Origin: a virus
Lineage: Duplodnaviria; Caudoviricetes
IMG/VR virus record: IMGVR_UViG_3300048837_000676
Coordinates: 1 to 53,272 of that record
Strand: one strand, 5' to 3'
Length of the DNA stretch: 53,272 nt
Shown here one piece after another: positions 19,480 through 28,185 of this stretch. Numbering within the stretch: position 1 is the stretch's first letter; the number at the start of each line of letters is the position of its first letter. The translations under genes and the position numbers were made by a program. Below the pieces are notes generated by a model. It ran no database searches. It was not told where the DNA came from and saw only the letters and a list, made by a program, of their open reading frames with translations.

Positions 19480-20928
19480 TTACACCATTCCGGCCCAGGA
19501 GGCAGACGGAACGGGAGGAGAAACTGCCGGAACGTGTGCATGCATCGTGTCCACCAGCATGACAAGGTATTGCAACGCATCGTGCGGATGGCTGAACTTG
19601 TTCTTGCTCGGGACATCCCGGTAACGCTCTTCTCCGGACACCTGCACACGCTCGAAGCGATAGCCGCCAAGGAACCCGCGCCGCAGCATTTTGCACGACG
19701 GGTCGAGCAGGAATGCGGGTTTGCCGTCAACCATGCGCGTGAGCCGGTCAATTACCGCCTGCCGTCGCGGCAGGAAGTCGTTCGTAGGCGCGGCCCGAGT
19801 CGGGATGCCGAGCATCTCCAGTTGCCCGAGGCATGTAAGCTCGTCTGCCTGGCTCGCCTGATTGCCCGCCGGATCGCCTCCGGAAACCAACGGCACATTC
19901 GGAAAAAGCGCCGCAAGGGTGGGCTTGACAACATCCGTCGCGAACTGTTTGACGCCGCCACGCTGACATACCATTTCGCGAAGAATGCGCAGTTGACCGT
20001 CTGGAGCGAGTTGCCCGACGATGCAGGAAGGAGTGAGCCCGAAGTCCCAGCCAAGAAAAATCGGCCGGCCTCGAAATAGTCCGAGTGGCGTCGGCGACAC
20101 ATGGACAGCATCGTTGTACACCCCGCCGAACACCGGCTTGCCGTCGAACACCGTGCCGTAGCGTCCGCAGCAGTGAACCGCTATCCATTCCGGGTCCGCT
20201 CCTTCCGTCAGCCGCAGCCAATACTGATAGCCCAATGGCTGGTTCTGCACATTTTCCGCACCGGGATTGGCCTCGTAGCCAATGATCTTGCCATTGTCGT
20301 TCAGAACTTGCACCAGTGCGCCTGGCTGCTTGAAGAACTGCCACCCATCCGGTTTCACATCCTCCGCCAGGCGGTACCACCAGTGATCGTCGTCGGGCGG
20401 ATTGGTGTCCATGATGAGACCGGTCCAAGTGATTTCATCGCAGTCGCGTTTCGACGGATACCTGCCCGTCCGCGACAGCGCCGCCTGCGCAATGGTCTTG
20501 TCAATCTCCCTCGCTTCGTTGATCCACGCCCCGGTAAGCTCCAGCGATAGCAGCTTTTTCACGTCTCTTGGCTTGTCAAGGGCGAGAAAGTACACCTGCA
20601 TGTCCATCCTGGTGCCGTCGGGAAGCGGCGTAGCCATGCGCCCGTCGATTGGTGCACCGTAGGTGATCGGGCAAACCTGCTCCGGTACCCACTCCTTCCA
20701 TGTGTTGATCGTGGTAGATTTGAGTTCGGGATAGGTTTGACGAATCACGGCCCAGCGAGTCCGCCGGACCCCGTATTTGTCCGGTGCCTGCCGCATCGCC
20801 CGTGACAGAATCTCCACGCAGCATGCAACCGATTTGCCGGACCCAATCGGCCCCATCACCCCGCGAACCGAGGCTTCCGACTGATGGAACCTCGCCAACG
20901 TTGGTTCCGCCTTGTAGGTGATGTTCAC
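19480..20928 (-). CDS. terL: Terminase large subunit
   Basis: Walker A GPIGSGKS, Walker B-like AWINEA, coupling motif DTNPP, RNase H-like nuclease GWDFG...HPHDALQY; GTG start overlapping the upstream stop. Confidence 0.92.
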   Translation of the reverse strand: MNITYKAEPTLARFHQSEASVRGVMGPIGSGKSVACCVEILSRAMRQAPDKYGVRRTRWAVIRQTYPELKSTTINTWKEWVPEQVCPITYGAPIDGRMATPLPDGTRMDMQVYFLALDKPRDVKKLLSLELTGAWINEAREIDKTIAQAALSRTGRYPSKRDCDEITWTGLIMDTNPPDDDHWWYRLAEDVKPDGWQFFKQPGALVQVLNDNGKIIGYEANPGAENVQNQPLGYQYWLRLTEGADPEWIAVHCCGRYGTVFDGKPVFGGVYNDAVHVSPTPLGLFRGRPIFLGWDFGLTPSCIVGQLAPDGQLRILREMVCQRGGVKQFATDVVKPTLAALFPNVPLVSGGDPAGNQASQADELTCLGQLEMLGIPTRAAPTNDFLPRRQAVIDRLTRMVDGKPAFLLDPSCKMLRRGFLGGYRFERVQVSGEERYRDVPSKNKFSHPHDALQYLVMLVDTMHAHVPAVSPPVPSASWAGMV

Positions 20929-21341
20929 GCCGTCGTCCTGTGAGTCCAGTGCCTCGACGAGCCAACCGCAAGCGCCAGCCAGGCCGCGCCGAGCCAAAGC
21001 ATGGTGAGCGTCCAGCGGATGGCCTTGCCGGACACCAGCCCATGCCAGAATCCGCAACCGAAGCGCATTTTGGCCACCCGGTAGGTGTTTGCGAGGAACC
21101 GGCGATTCGCGGCGCGGCGGGCCTTTGCGTCTCCGCCAACATGGAAATCGATGTCATGAGGGCGGCTGGCCGGCTTGAGGAACGGCAGTAGATCGAACAG
21201 CCAGCGAATAAAGCGGGGCCACGACTCCGGCCCCACGCCGTTGAGGATATTCGACCGTTCGGCTGGAGTGAACTCATGCCAATGCGGGCCAGCGTCCAGC
21301 CAGTACCCGTCGATGTAAGTCAGCTTCGGCTTAGTCTTCAC
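20925..21341 (-). CDS. Phospholipase A2-like phage protein with C-terminal hydrophobic helix
   Basis: NGVGP...A...HDIDF..GG....R..AN..F resembles the prokaryotic/phage PLA2 HD motif. Confidence 0.5.
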   Translation of the reverse strand: MKTKPKLTYIDGYWLDAGPHWHEFTPAERSNILNGVGPESWPRFIRWLFDLLPFLKPASRPHDIDFHVGGDAKARRAANRRFLANTYRVAKMRFGCGFWHGLVSGKAIRWTLTMLWLGAAWLALAVGSSRHWTHRTTA

Positions 21342-21756
21342 TGCGGCATCCCTCCAGCAAGGCCAACACCTGGTCGATGGTCGCGCCCTTGGCCTGCGCG
21401 AAGGCGGAGATGCCAGACATGAACTCGTCATCATCCGACGCCAGCACGTTCGCGTTGTCCCAATCGAAGCGGAGATCGTTGGCGTCCAGAAAGGCCAGGA
21501 AGTCCGCCAGCCAGCCCTGCGCACGGAGCATCCGCCCTACCTTGAGCTTGCTGTACTGGACCACGGGAGGAGGGAACCACGGCGCCATCTCTTCCGCCGT
21601 CGCCTCGCGGACCTGCCCGCTGTCCAGCACGGGACAGGACAGCGATCCCACATCCAACCACGCCCGCAAGTCGGCGCAGACATGGACGCCCTCGCCGGGC
21701 TGGTAGTCGTAGCCGGGGGCGGTCAAGCGTCCGTCGATAATGCGGAATCCGTACAT
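21331..21756 (-). CDS. Putative tail fibre assembly chaperone
   Basis: Follows the lectin-domain fibre; YSKLK...L...G....F..FL......W..A..L..DD..F pattern. Confidence 0.45.
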   Translation of the reverse strand: MYGFRIIDGRLTAPGYDYQPGEGVHVCADLRAWLDVGSLSCPVLDSGQVREATAEEMAPWFPPPVVQYSKLKVGRMLRAQGWLADFLAFLDANDLRFDWDNANVLASDDDEFMSGISAFAQAKGATIDQVLALLEGCRSED

Positions 21757-21758
21757 GG

Positions 21759-22505
21759 CTATACTCCAAACCGGTGGCGGGTTGACTCGTAGAGATAGCG
21801 CCGGGCACCAGCGGCTGTAGTTCCTGCTACAACGCAAGCGTCGTCTATGCTGCCCTGGAAAAAGCCGGAAAGATTGCCGTTGCCCGACTCCGCTCCAATG
21901 CCGGTGCGCAAGCCGTCGGCACCGCTTACAAACAACGACCCGGCGGTGAAGTTTCCGGTTACTTCCGTTGCGTTCACGCGGGCGACGTAGGTTCCTCCCG
22001 CAGCGTTTACCGACGCCAGCACAAAGGCCCATGCGTCTTGCGGAATGGTCAAACCCGTAGACAGCTCGCGAAAACCACTGCTATTGGTCACAATGACGCG
22101 AACAATCAAGTTTGCGCCATCTGCAACCAACGCGCCGCCGCCCCGATTTGTGCCTCCCCCAGAAGTAAAATCGCGGTCCCAACACAGTATGCCAGCGCCG
22201 GTTACGCTGGCCGCGCGGCGCACCCACGCGAACATTGTCACGCCGGGCAACCCGTGCAAACCCATTACTCCGCCTACGCCCGTAATGTAGCGAGGCGATC
22301 CGACCCATGACGTCGTGCCGGGAAAAACGGCTCCTGCTGGTGCGACGCTGGCCCCGCCGCCCGCCGCGTAGGACAATCCGGACTGCCACGGCGAGCAATC
22401 GAGCCAGCTTCCGCCCGCAGGAACGCGAGGATGGTAGAGAGTAGACAGGCATAGCCGCACGTCGCGGGGGTTGGCTACGTCGAAAACTGGGTGCAGGCTA
22501 GGCAA
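21759..22505 (-). CDS. LamG / concanavalin A-like lectin domain protein (receptor binding)
   Basis: T.FAWVR...W.FV.........VN.......IG.......FFQGSIDD..V LamG signature; codon usage differs from neighbours; TTG start after GGAGG. Confidence 0.7.
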   Translation of the reverse strand: MPSLHPVFDVANPRDVRLCLSTLYHPRVPAGGSWLDCSPWQSGLSYAAGGGASVAPAGAVFPGTTSWVGSPRYITGVGGVMGLHGLPGVTMFAWVRRAASVTGAGILCWDRDFTSGGGTNRGGGALVADGANLIVRVIVTNSSGFRELSTGLTIPQDAWAFVLASVNAAGGTYVARVNATEVTGNFTAGSLFVSGADGLRTGIGAESGNGNLSGFFQGSIDDACVVAGTTAAGARRYLYESTRHRFGV

Positions 22506-23406
22506 GGGCCACCTCCCCGCCGTGCAGGACGGCGCTGGTGGCATAGGTGCCGGGGTCGAGTGCCGAACGGTACACCTCCACCCGGCAGTGGTCTCCGGCG
22601 GCGAGGATGCCGGATAGCGTAATGGTCGCGCTGTCGGCTTGCGGGTCTCCGTTGTCTTCGTCGAGGGTGCTGGTGAGCGTAGTTTCGGCGACTACCCACG
22701 CGGGCGCGGTGCCGTCGCTCCACTTGTAGATGCGGATTTTCCAGAGGACTGTTTTCGACCCCGCATTGCCGCCCGCCCAATCGGATTTGCCGACTAACAC
22801 CCGAACGACTAGCGAAACCGCCCCGGATGCAATGCGCAAGTCATCGACGGCCAGGAAGGCATACGCGCCGGATTCGGCAGCGGCACGGACCACGCGGCAC
22901 GCTAGCGCATAGTTGGGTGCCAACGGGACGGCGGCGGCGACGGCCAAGGTTTCTCCCGTCCACGCGCCAGCGCCAGCGTAGTTGCCCGCCAACGTCGCGA
23001 GGGTGAAATAGTCGGTTCCGGCGGTGCCGAGGACAGCGGACACATACCACGCTGTACTGCCGTTGTACCACAGATAGAGCGTGCCGTCCTGCGAGATGTA
23101 AGCGGCTTGGCTGTTGTACTCGCCTATGCAACGCCAGACGCAGTTTGCGCTGGTGTCGGTGGTCGCTCCCGTCGAAAGCAGCGCGTCGATCCCCTGGTAG
23201 GAAAATTCGCGGGTCGGGAAGCCGGAGCCAAACGGCCCTACCACAGTGCCAGCAGGCAAACGGGCGTACAACCCATCCGCCTTGGCATACATTTCGAGGA
23301 TGCCAGAACCGGGAGCCGTGGGGTCCGTGGACAGCATGGCCAGACTGACGGGAGCATCGCCAAGCTGTGCAACGCTCCCGCTTGACAGTATGAGCGGTCT
23401 TGGCAT
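22498..23406 (-). CDS. Putative tail fibre / virion structural protein
   Basis: N-terminal P.AP.SG...MYAKADGLY.R fibre motif; Gly/Thr/Tyr-rich. Confidence 0.55.
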   Translation of the reverse strand: MPRPLILSSGSVAQLGDAPVSLAMLSTDPTAPGSGILEMYAKADGLYARLPAGTVVGPFGSGFPTREFSYQGIDALLSTGATTDTSANCVWRCIGEYNSQAAYISQDGTLYLWYNGSTAWYVSAVLGTAGTDYFTLATLAGNYAGAGAWTGETLAVAAAVPLAPNYALACRVVRAAAESGAYAFLAVDDLRIASGAVSLVVRVLVGKSDWAGGNAGSKTVLWKIRIYKWSDGTAPAWVVAETTLTSTLDEDNGDPQADSATITLSGILAAGDHCRVEVYRSALDPGTYATSAVLHGGEVALA

Positions 23407-23430
23407 ATCGCAGTATCCTTGCCGAACCGA

Positions 23431-23943
23431 CTACGCGAGGATGATCGGGTCCGACGGATTGAAGTTGATGGCGGTTGCGCTGGACGAGACGCCGAGTCGT
23501 TGCACGATGTTGCCGGTTGCGCTCGGGGCGGTCTCGGTTGTCGCACCGGGAGTCGTCGCGAGATACTGGACGGTGCCGACAGTCATGCCGGTGCGGTGGC
23601 TGTTGGTCGTCCCGATGGGGTAGATGGTCGCATTTGCCGCACTTTCGACCGCAGCCAGAACAAACCCGTGGGCTGGCTTGTTGGTGGTCGCGTCCGCCTT
23701 GCGGCATTTGACCGTCGTGTCGTCGTTGTAGAGGTTGACGAAATCCCCGTCGGCGATTGCCTCGGAAGCGGGAACGACGATTGTGTCGGCCCCAACTCCC
23801 GCGGGCATCATGCTGGACGCGAGCAGACCGGACGCATCGAGAGCCGGAATCTTCCCGGCATCGCTAGCTCCGGCGGAAGTCTGAATCGCCGCCACTTCCT
23901 GGAGGTTGCCGCCGCTGTGCGAAAGATACTTGTTTCCTGCCAT
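23431..23943 (-). CDS. Head fibre / capsid cement-like protein
   Basis: SAGASDAGKIPALDASG.L..SMMP.GVG and ASEAIA.GDFVN...KADA....AHGFV, a conserved phage structural family. Confidence 0.65.
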   Translation of the reverse strand: MAGNKYLSHSGGNLQEVAAIQTSAGASDAGKIPALDASGLLASSMMPAGVGADTIVVPASEAIADGDFVNLYNDDTTVKCRKADATTNKPAHGFVLAAVESAANATIYPIGTTNSHRTGMTVGTVQYLATTPGATTETAPSATGNIVQRLGVSSSATAINFNPSDPIILA

Positions 23944-23959
23944 TTTTGGAACTCCTGTG

Positions 23960-24766
23960 CTATGCGAGGGTGATCGTGCGTTGGATACGGATTGCGATTT
24001 TGGTTGCCGAGATTGCCTGTGCGACGGGCGCGGACACGCCAGAACTCGGAGCCGTCTCCGTCAGGACTCCGTTCACACCGGCGTAGAGGATGGCGTTCGG
24101 AGTCCAAGACCATGAAGAATCAATCATGATTCCCTCGGTCTGAATCGTGAGGTCCGCCCCGGTCACTGCTGCGCCGGCCGTAATTCCAAGCGGCGGGACG
24201 GTTGCGCTGGCGGAAAGGTAGTAGTTGCCTTGGTGATCGACTACGCGCCCTCCTCCGATCTCACCGGGCGACTCAACCGTGCATCTGGCAGGACCGGAGT
24301 TGTTGACGAGCGCATCCACTTCGGCATCGGTGTAGGTGTTCTCGTCGGGGTTGACCGGGGGCGTGTCTGCGGGCCTGTATGCCTGGTTGCCCAGCAGTGC
24401 CGCGCCTCCCGCCACGTCTACCCCCATCGGGCCATAGACCAGATCGTCAAGGCCCCATTGCAACGGGAGCCAGTCGGCGGAGCCGATCAGATTCCGCAGG
24501 GCGGGAATGGACAGGTCTAGCGCGACGGTCCCGGACCTCTCCCCCATCACGGCGACAGGCCAGTGTCCGACGGCATCCGCCCCAAGCTCGCCTACCCGCT
24601 TGGCCGTCAGCCGGTAGGTGTGCCCGTCCTCGAAAGTCCAATCCTCGTCGGCTGCAATGACGACCGCCACGGCAAACACGTTGCCTACGGACATCGGGCC
24701 TCCCGACCAAACCAGTGTCCGGGCGGAGGGCGTGACGGTGAGGGTTCTGGATTCGGGAGTTGCCAT
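23960..24766 (-). CDS. Virion structural protein with C-terminal cement-like domain
   Basis: C-terminal GIT..AA..G....I...G......W.W......Y.G.NG.LT..AP..G...VA.AI..T.I.I domain, related to the adjacent gene family. Confidence 0.55.
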   Translation of the reverse strand: MATPESRTLTVTPSARTLVWSGGPMSVGNVFAVAVVIAADEDWTFEDGHTYRLTAKRVGELGADAVGHWPVAVMGERSGTVALDLSIPALRNLIGSADWLPLQWGLDDLVYGPMGVDVAGGAALLGNQAYRPADTPPVNPDENTYTDAEVDALVNNSGPARCTVESPGEIGGGRVVDHQGNYYLSASATVPPLGITAGAAVTGADLTIQTEGIMIDSSWSWTPNAILYAGVNGVLTETAPSSGVSAPVAQAISATKIAIRIQRTITLA

Positions 24767-24774
24767 TGTCGTCC

Positions 24775-25014
24775 CTACTCGTCGAGAGCCGTGTAGGTGT
24801 AGGTGGCGTAGTCTGCGGCCACCAGCTTGCGCCCCGTCACGATCTTGCCGCCGACAACCGGGTAGGCATTGCTGCCAACCGAGTCGGTCTTGACGATGCT
24901 CCATGCGGCCTCGGCCAGGGGAGTGCCGATTGCCGCCTCGCAGGTGTACGTCCCGGCGGTATCTCCTTCGGCCACGACGTACACCTTTTTACGGACTGGT
25001 GCCAGTGTGCTCAT
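24775..25014 (-). CDS. Small virion-associated protein
   Basis: Y.CEAA.GT....A.W.I.K motif found in phage structural proteins. Confidence 0.5.
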   Translation of the reverse strand: MSTLAPVRKKVYVVAEGDTAGTYTCEAAIGTPLAEAAWSIVKTDSVGSNAYPVVGGKIVTGRKLVAADYATYTYTALDE

Positions 25015-25030
25015 TGTGCCATGCTCCGAA

Positions 25031-25098
25031 TAGCGGGGGATGGAGTCGAACCACCTCAGCCAGATCATGGGCCTGGCCAGGCTCCGAGCCGCCCCGCG
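25031..25098 (-). tRNA. Atypical tRNA(CAT)-like element, initiator-like, with reduced D-arm
   Basis: CGCGGGG/CCCCGCT-A acceptor stem with 1:72 mismatch; anticodon arm CCAGG-CCCATGA-TCTGG; T-arm GGTGG-TTCGACT-CCATC; D-arm reduced to GGCTCGGAGCC; 68 nt; no encoded CCA. Confidence 0.7.
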
Positions 25099-25103
25099 GT
25101 GGT

Positions 25104-25778
25104 CTAGTAGTCGCCGAGGTTGATCCAGTGGACAGTGACGGTGCCGCTCACCAGGGACTCGCCATTGCCGGTGGTCACATCGCCAGCGTCGATCATGACG
25201 TTGAGGTGCATGTCCTTGGCGGTGGTCGTGCCGTCGAACTGCGCCGAAGCGGCGAGTGCCCCCTTTGCCGTGCCGACGCCCGCGACCATCGGGTCTGTGA
25301 TCGCGGTGGTCGGGAGCAGGTCGGCCAGGGTGGAGGTGAGGGACGCAACGGCGTTGGCGGCGACGGTGCCGAGGGCGAGATCGCCACTGCCCGTGTCGCC
25401 CACGTTGGCCGACCCCGAGACATCAACCACGAGGTCCGCAACCACGCCGAGGACGAGGATACGCCCGGCGGGGAAGTCGAGCAGCTTGGCGGTGCCCCAG
25501 CCGGAGCTGTCTTCGGTTTTGCGGGTGATGGTGACGGCCAGCTCGTCGAGGGTGATGACGGTCTTGTTCGCGCCGCCGAAGGTGGTTGCAGCCGCGACAC
25601 CGGTGCCAGCCGCCTCGCCACTGGGGGCCAGCCCCGCCAGCATGTTGAGTTCGGCGGCGGAAGCCGTCAGCAGGGTGCCGGGAGTCCCGTTCTCGGGATC
25701 ACCCCCGAGATGCAGGGCCTTGATGTGCCCTTCGCGGATTTTGGTCTTGCCGAGGGAGATGTTTTCGCGGAATGCCAT
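25104..25778 (-). CDS. Virion structural protein (head/tail fibre-like)
   Basis: AGGAG RBS; TASAAELN.L.G repeat motif; beta-rich C-terminus (LLDFPAGRILVLG...FDGTTTAKD..LN...GTVTVHWINLGDY); high-expression codon bias. Confidence 0.6.
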   Translation of the reverse strand: MAFRENISLGKTKIREGHIKALHLGGDPENGTPGTLLTASAAELNMLAGLAPSGEAAGTGVAAATTFGGANKTVITLDELAVTITRKTEDSSGWGTAKLLDFPAGRILVLGVVADLVVDVSGSANVGDTGSGDLALGTVAANAVASLTSTLADLLPTTAITDPMVAGVGTAKGALAASAQFDGTTTAKDMHLNVMIDAGDVTTGNGESLVSGTVTVHWINLGDY

Positions 25779-25849
25779 CGTCGTACTCCTGTGCTCTGAG
25801 CCTATGTTTGCCCTGCCCGCCACCCGGCGGGTCGGAGCGGGAAACTGTC

Positions 25850-26320
25850 TTACGGATTCGTCGTCGAAGCGGCCTGCCGCGTTTGGTCGAGTGCGTCCAG
25901 CACGGTAGCCGCATCCTGCGCCTCGCGTTCGAGTCGCTCAAACACATCCCTGGGCTCCTGGGAAGGCTCCTGCCGGGCTTCTTCGCCTTCCCCCATACCT
26001 ACTGCCAGAACGGACTCGTCGCTGTCCTGGGGCGATTCTGCGGGTTTGATGGCAACGGCCTGTGGCCTGTCCATCGTCTGCGTCTGATTCGCGCCCTGCT
26101 GATAGGCGGCGTTCGCGGCTACAGCCGGGTTGAGGATATCGAGCCCGACCGGCTTTGCCGTCACGCCCACCTGGGCGTTGTTGACGATGATGACTGGGCC
26201 GTGTCCGCCTTCGCCCCTAAACTCCAGCGTGATGCGGGACTCGGGAGGGCTGGTCATGTTCTGCGTGGTGGAAGCGCAGCCGGCGACGAAAGCCAAGCAG
26301 ATCGCGAACAGGTTCTTCAT
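25850..26320 (-). CDS. Lipoprotein
   Basis: Signal peptide MKNLFAICLAF with lipobox VAG-C. Confidence 0.65.
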   Translation of the reverse strand: MKNLFAICLAFVAGCASTTQNMTSPPESRITLEFRGEGGHGPVIIVNNAQVGVTAKPVGLDILNPAVAANAAYQQGANQTQTMDRPQAVAIKPAESPQDSDESVLAVGMGEGEEARQEPSQEPRDVFERLEREAQDAATVLDALDQTRQAASTTNP

Positions 26321-26829
26321 TTCGCACCGTCCTTTTCGCCGTCCATGTGCAGGTTGAACACCACGCCGCCGAGGTCGTGCTTCTCTGGCTCGTTCCAGCC
26401 GTTCATTTTGGCGAGCACCTCAATAGCCCGGATCGGGTCGCGGAGCTTGACGCTGATCCGCTGCCCAGCCTCGGTATCCGCCAGTTGGACCGCCTCCAGG
26501 TCCGAGCGGGCCTTCGAGATCGCGGCCAAGTCGAACGTTCCGTCCGGTCGGAGATAGCGAGCCAACTCGCCCCTGGCCACCGATGCGAGGATGGCGATTG
26601 CCTCTTCGCGCTTGAGGCAGGCCCGGTCCGCCGCCCTGGCAGTCAACTCCTCGACGTAGGCGGCGACGTGCGGCAACTGGAACAGCTCCCACGCTCTCCT
26701 GCCGACGACGGTAGACTCCTTGGCTACGTTGTAGGCGCTTCGGTATGCGTCGGTCTTAGTCGCTCCGGCGACGAGGGCGTGAGCCGCCTTCGCCTGCTTC
26801 TCTGTCAGCTTTTTGTTTGTCCGGGGCAT
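26317..26829 (-). CDS. terS: Terminase small subunit
   Basis: KLTEKQ.......G.T.TDAYR.AY.......A..L...P.V.AY.EEL N-terminal HTH and KL.D...AIE.LAKM.GW C-terminus. Confidence 0.85.
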   Translation of the reverse strand: MPRTNKKLTEKQAKAAHALVAGATKTDAYRSAYNVAKESTVVGRRAWELFQLPHVAAYVEELTARAADRACLKREEAIAILASVARGELARYLRPDGTFDLAAISKARSDLEAVQLADTEAGQRISVKLRDPIRAIEVLAKMNGWNEPEKHDLGGVVFNLHMDGEKDGAK

Positions 26830-26924
26830 GACTTCACCGCCTAATGGCTGGGAGTGACTAACACACTGTAGCACACCTTGCAAACCTTGAAAAGTTTTTT
26901 CAAACGTCTGCGGGGGCGTGTGGC

Positions 26925-26963
26925 ACAAAAAAAAGAGTCACCGAAATGGTTTCGATGGCTCTT
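26925..26963 (-). terminator. Rho-independent terminator closing cassette 1
   Basis: On the minus strand AAGAGCCATCGAAA-CCA-TTTCGGTGACTCTT followed by a T-run. Confidence 0.75.
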
Positions 26964-26982
26964 GCTCATTTCTCGATCCGCC

Positions 26983-27180
26983 CTATCCGGCGGGTTTTTC
27001 ATGCCCCGTCAAGTACGCCGCCAGCGCCAGCAGCTCCCCGGCGCGGACGGTCGCCTGCCCGGCCAGCCGCTTTTCCACGCTGGATAGGGACAGACCGAGT
27101 GCGGCGGCGATTTCCGGCTGGGTCTTGCCGAGCTTCTTGGCGCGGCGGATGAGGCGTTGGAAGGTCACTGTGTCGTTCAC
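26983..27180 (-). CDS. Small HTH (XRE/Cro-like) regulator, Aca-like position, cassette 1
   Basis: KTQPEIAAALGLSLSSVEKRLAG HTH; paralogue of 29108-29296. Confidence 0.8.
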   Translation of the reverse strand: MNDTVTFQRLIRRAKKLGKTQPEIAAALGLSLSSVEKRLAGQATVRAGELLALAAYLTGHEKPAG

Positions 27181-27204
27181 TGGTCATTTCCTTTGGTCTG
27201 GGTG

Positions 27205-27321
27205 TCATTTCGATTCGCGGGGCAACTGGCGGCCCACGAAGGAGGTCGCAACGATAGCGGCGGGCCACGCCTCCGTGGATCGGATGGCGGCGTTACCTCT
27301 GTGTTCTGCGGCGGCTCCCAT
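27205..27321 (-). CDS. 38-aa internally deleted paralogue of 29339-29662 (possible pseudogene)
   Basis: AAGGAG RBS; MGAAAEHRGNAAIRSTEAWPAAIVATSFVGRQLPRESK shares both ends with the 107-aa protein. Confidence 0.6.
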   Translation of the reverse strand: MGAAAEHRGNAAIRSTEAWPAAIVATSFVGRQLPRESK

Positions 27322-27330
27322 GTCCTGTCT

Positions 27331-27361
27331 CCTTGGGCCGGGTGGCGGTCCCCGGCCCGGT
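27331..27361 (-). repeat. Intergenic hairpin repeat, copy 1 (loop GACCGCCA)
   Basis: GGGCCGGG-GACCGCCA-CCCGGCCC followed by AAGGAG. Confidence 0.7.
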
Positions 27362-27369
27362 GGGGGTGG

Positions 27370-27669
27370 CTAGCGGGCGAGGATTTCGTCCAGCCGTTCG
27401 CGGGCGCTGCCTTTGGTGCTCTGCGCGATGTACTCGATGCGCTGGATGTCCGACGGGTCGTCGGCAAGGCCCATCAGCACGGCGGCGCGGGTGGCGACGG
27501 AAGCGGCGCGCCATTCGCGAGCGTGCCAGTAATCGGAGAGGTTACCTTCGCGCCACACGTCAGCGGCAGGGTCGTACTGGACTACCTGGTACTGCCCGTT
27601 AAACGGGCGAATCAAGACTTCGGTTGCGGCCTGCTTGAGTGCGGCGGTTTTGGCGGTCTTGGTGGTCAT
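27370..27669 (-). CDS. Hypothetical protein, cassette 1 (anti-defence candidate)
   Basis: AAGGAG RBS, 99 aa, no recognisable motif. Confidence 0.7.
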   Translation of the reverse strand: MTTKTAKTAALKQAATEVLIRPFNGQYQVVQYDPAADVWREGNLSDYWHAREWRAASVATRAAVLMGLADDPSDIQRIEYIAQSTKGSARERLDEILAR

Positions 27670-27696
27670 TGTTCGGCTCCTTGGTTGGGGGGAATC

Positions 27697-28170
27697 CTAT
27701 ACCAGGCAAAAAAAGCCGCCGGTGGTCGTCTCTGATTCCACTGTCACGGCTAGCCGCCGGTGACGGCACTCTCCGCTGTCTTCCGCTTCCACCATCCGCC
27801 AGCGGTCGGCAATCACCGGCGGAAGCGCTTCGATTTCCCGCGCCGTGAGCAGACGGACGGACAGGTCGTCCGCTTCCTCCATGTCGGCCCCTGTTTGTCC
27901 GTGCAACACCACGGCGGGTATGCTCTCGATCACTCCGTCCGCTTGCAACGCTTCCAGGGCTTCGCGCCGGGTCGTGTGCTTTGTCGGGTTGTCGGCAGTC
28001 CCGTTGCACTGCCGGTGGGTAACTACCCAGCGGGGCCGAGACGTGCTGCTATCTGTCTCGCGCGTCACGTAGCTTTCTACCGGCCAATCGGTCCCCATTA
28101 TTTTCTGCCATCCGATGAGCAGGGTGTCCACTTTTTTACGCTGTGCTGTGTTTTTTGTCGCGTTCATCAT
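27697..28170 (-). CDS. Hypothetical protein, first gene of cassette 1 (anti-defence candidate)
   Basis: Starts just after the leader hairpin and an AAGG RBS; 157 aa. Confidence 0.65.
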   Translation of the reverse strand: MMNATKNTAQRKKVDTLLIGWQKIMGTDWPVESYVTRETDSSTSRPRWVVTHRQCNGTADNPTKHTTRREALEALQADGVIESIPAVVLHGQTGADMEEADDLSVRLLTAREIEALPPVIADRWRMVEAEDSGECRHRRLAVTVESETTTGGFFCLV

Positions 28171-28185
28171 CTTTGCCCTTGTTCT

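Noticed and set aside
20480-20560. Inactivated terminase (NE instead of DE in Walker B)
   Set aside because: The catalytic Glu is retained, and the WINEA variant is, to my knowledge, common in this terL subfamily.
25031-25098. tRNA fragment as attP site
   Set aside because: It is a full cloverleaf-like element inside the late operon with no integrase nearby.
27700-27765. Terminator or ncRNA at CACCGGCGGCT repeats followed by a T-run
   Set aside because: It lies inside the 27697-28170 ORF and has no adjacent stem before the T-run. The two 11-mers are direct repeats, so the support is insufficient.
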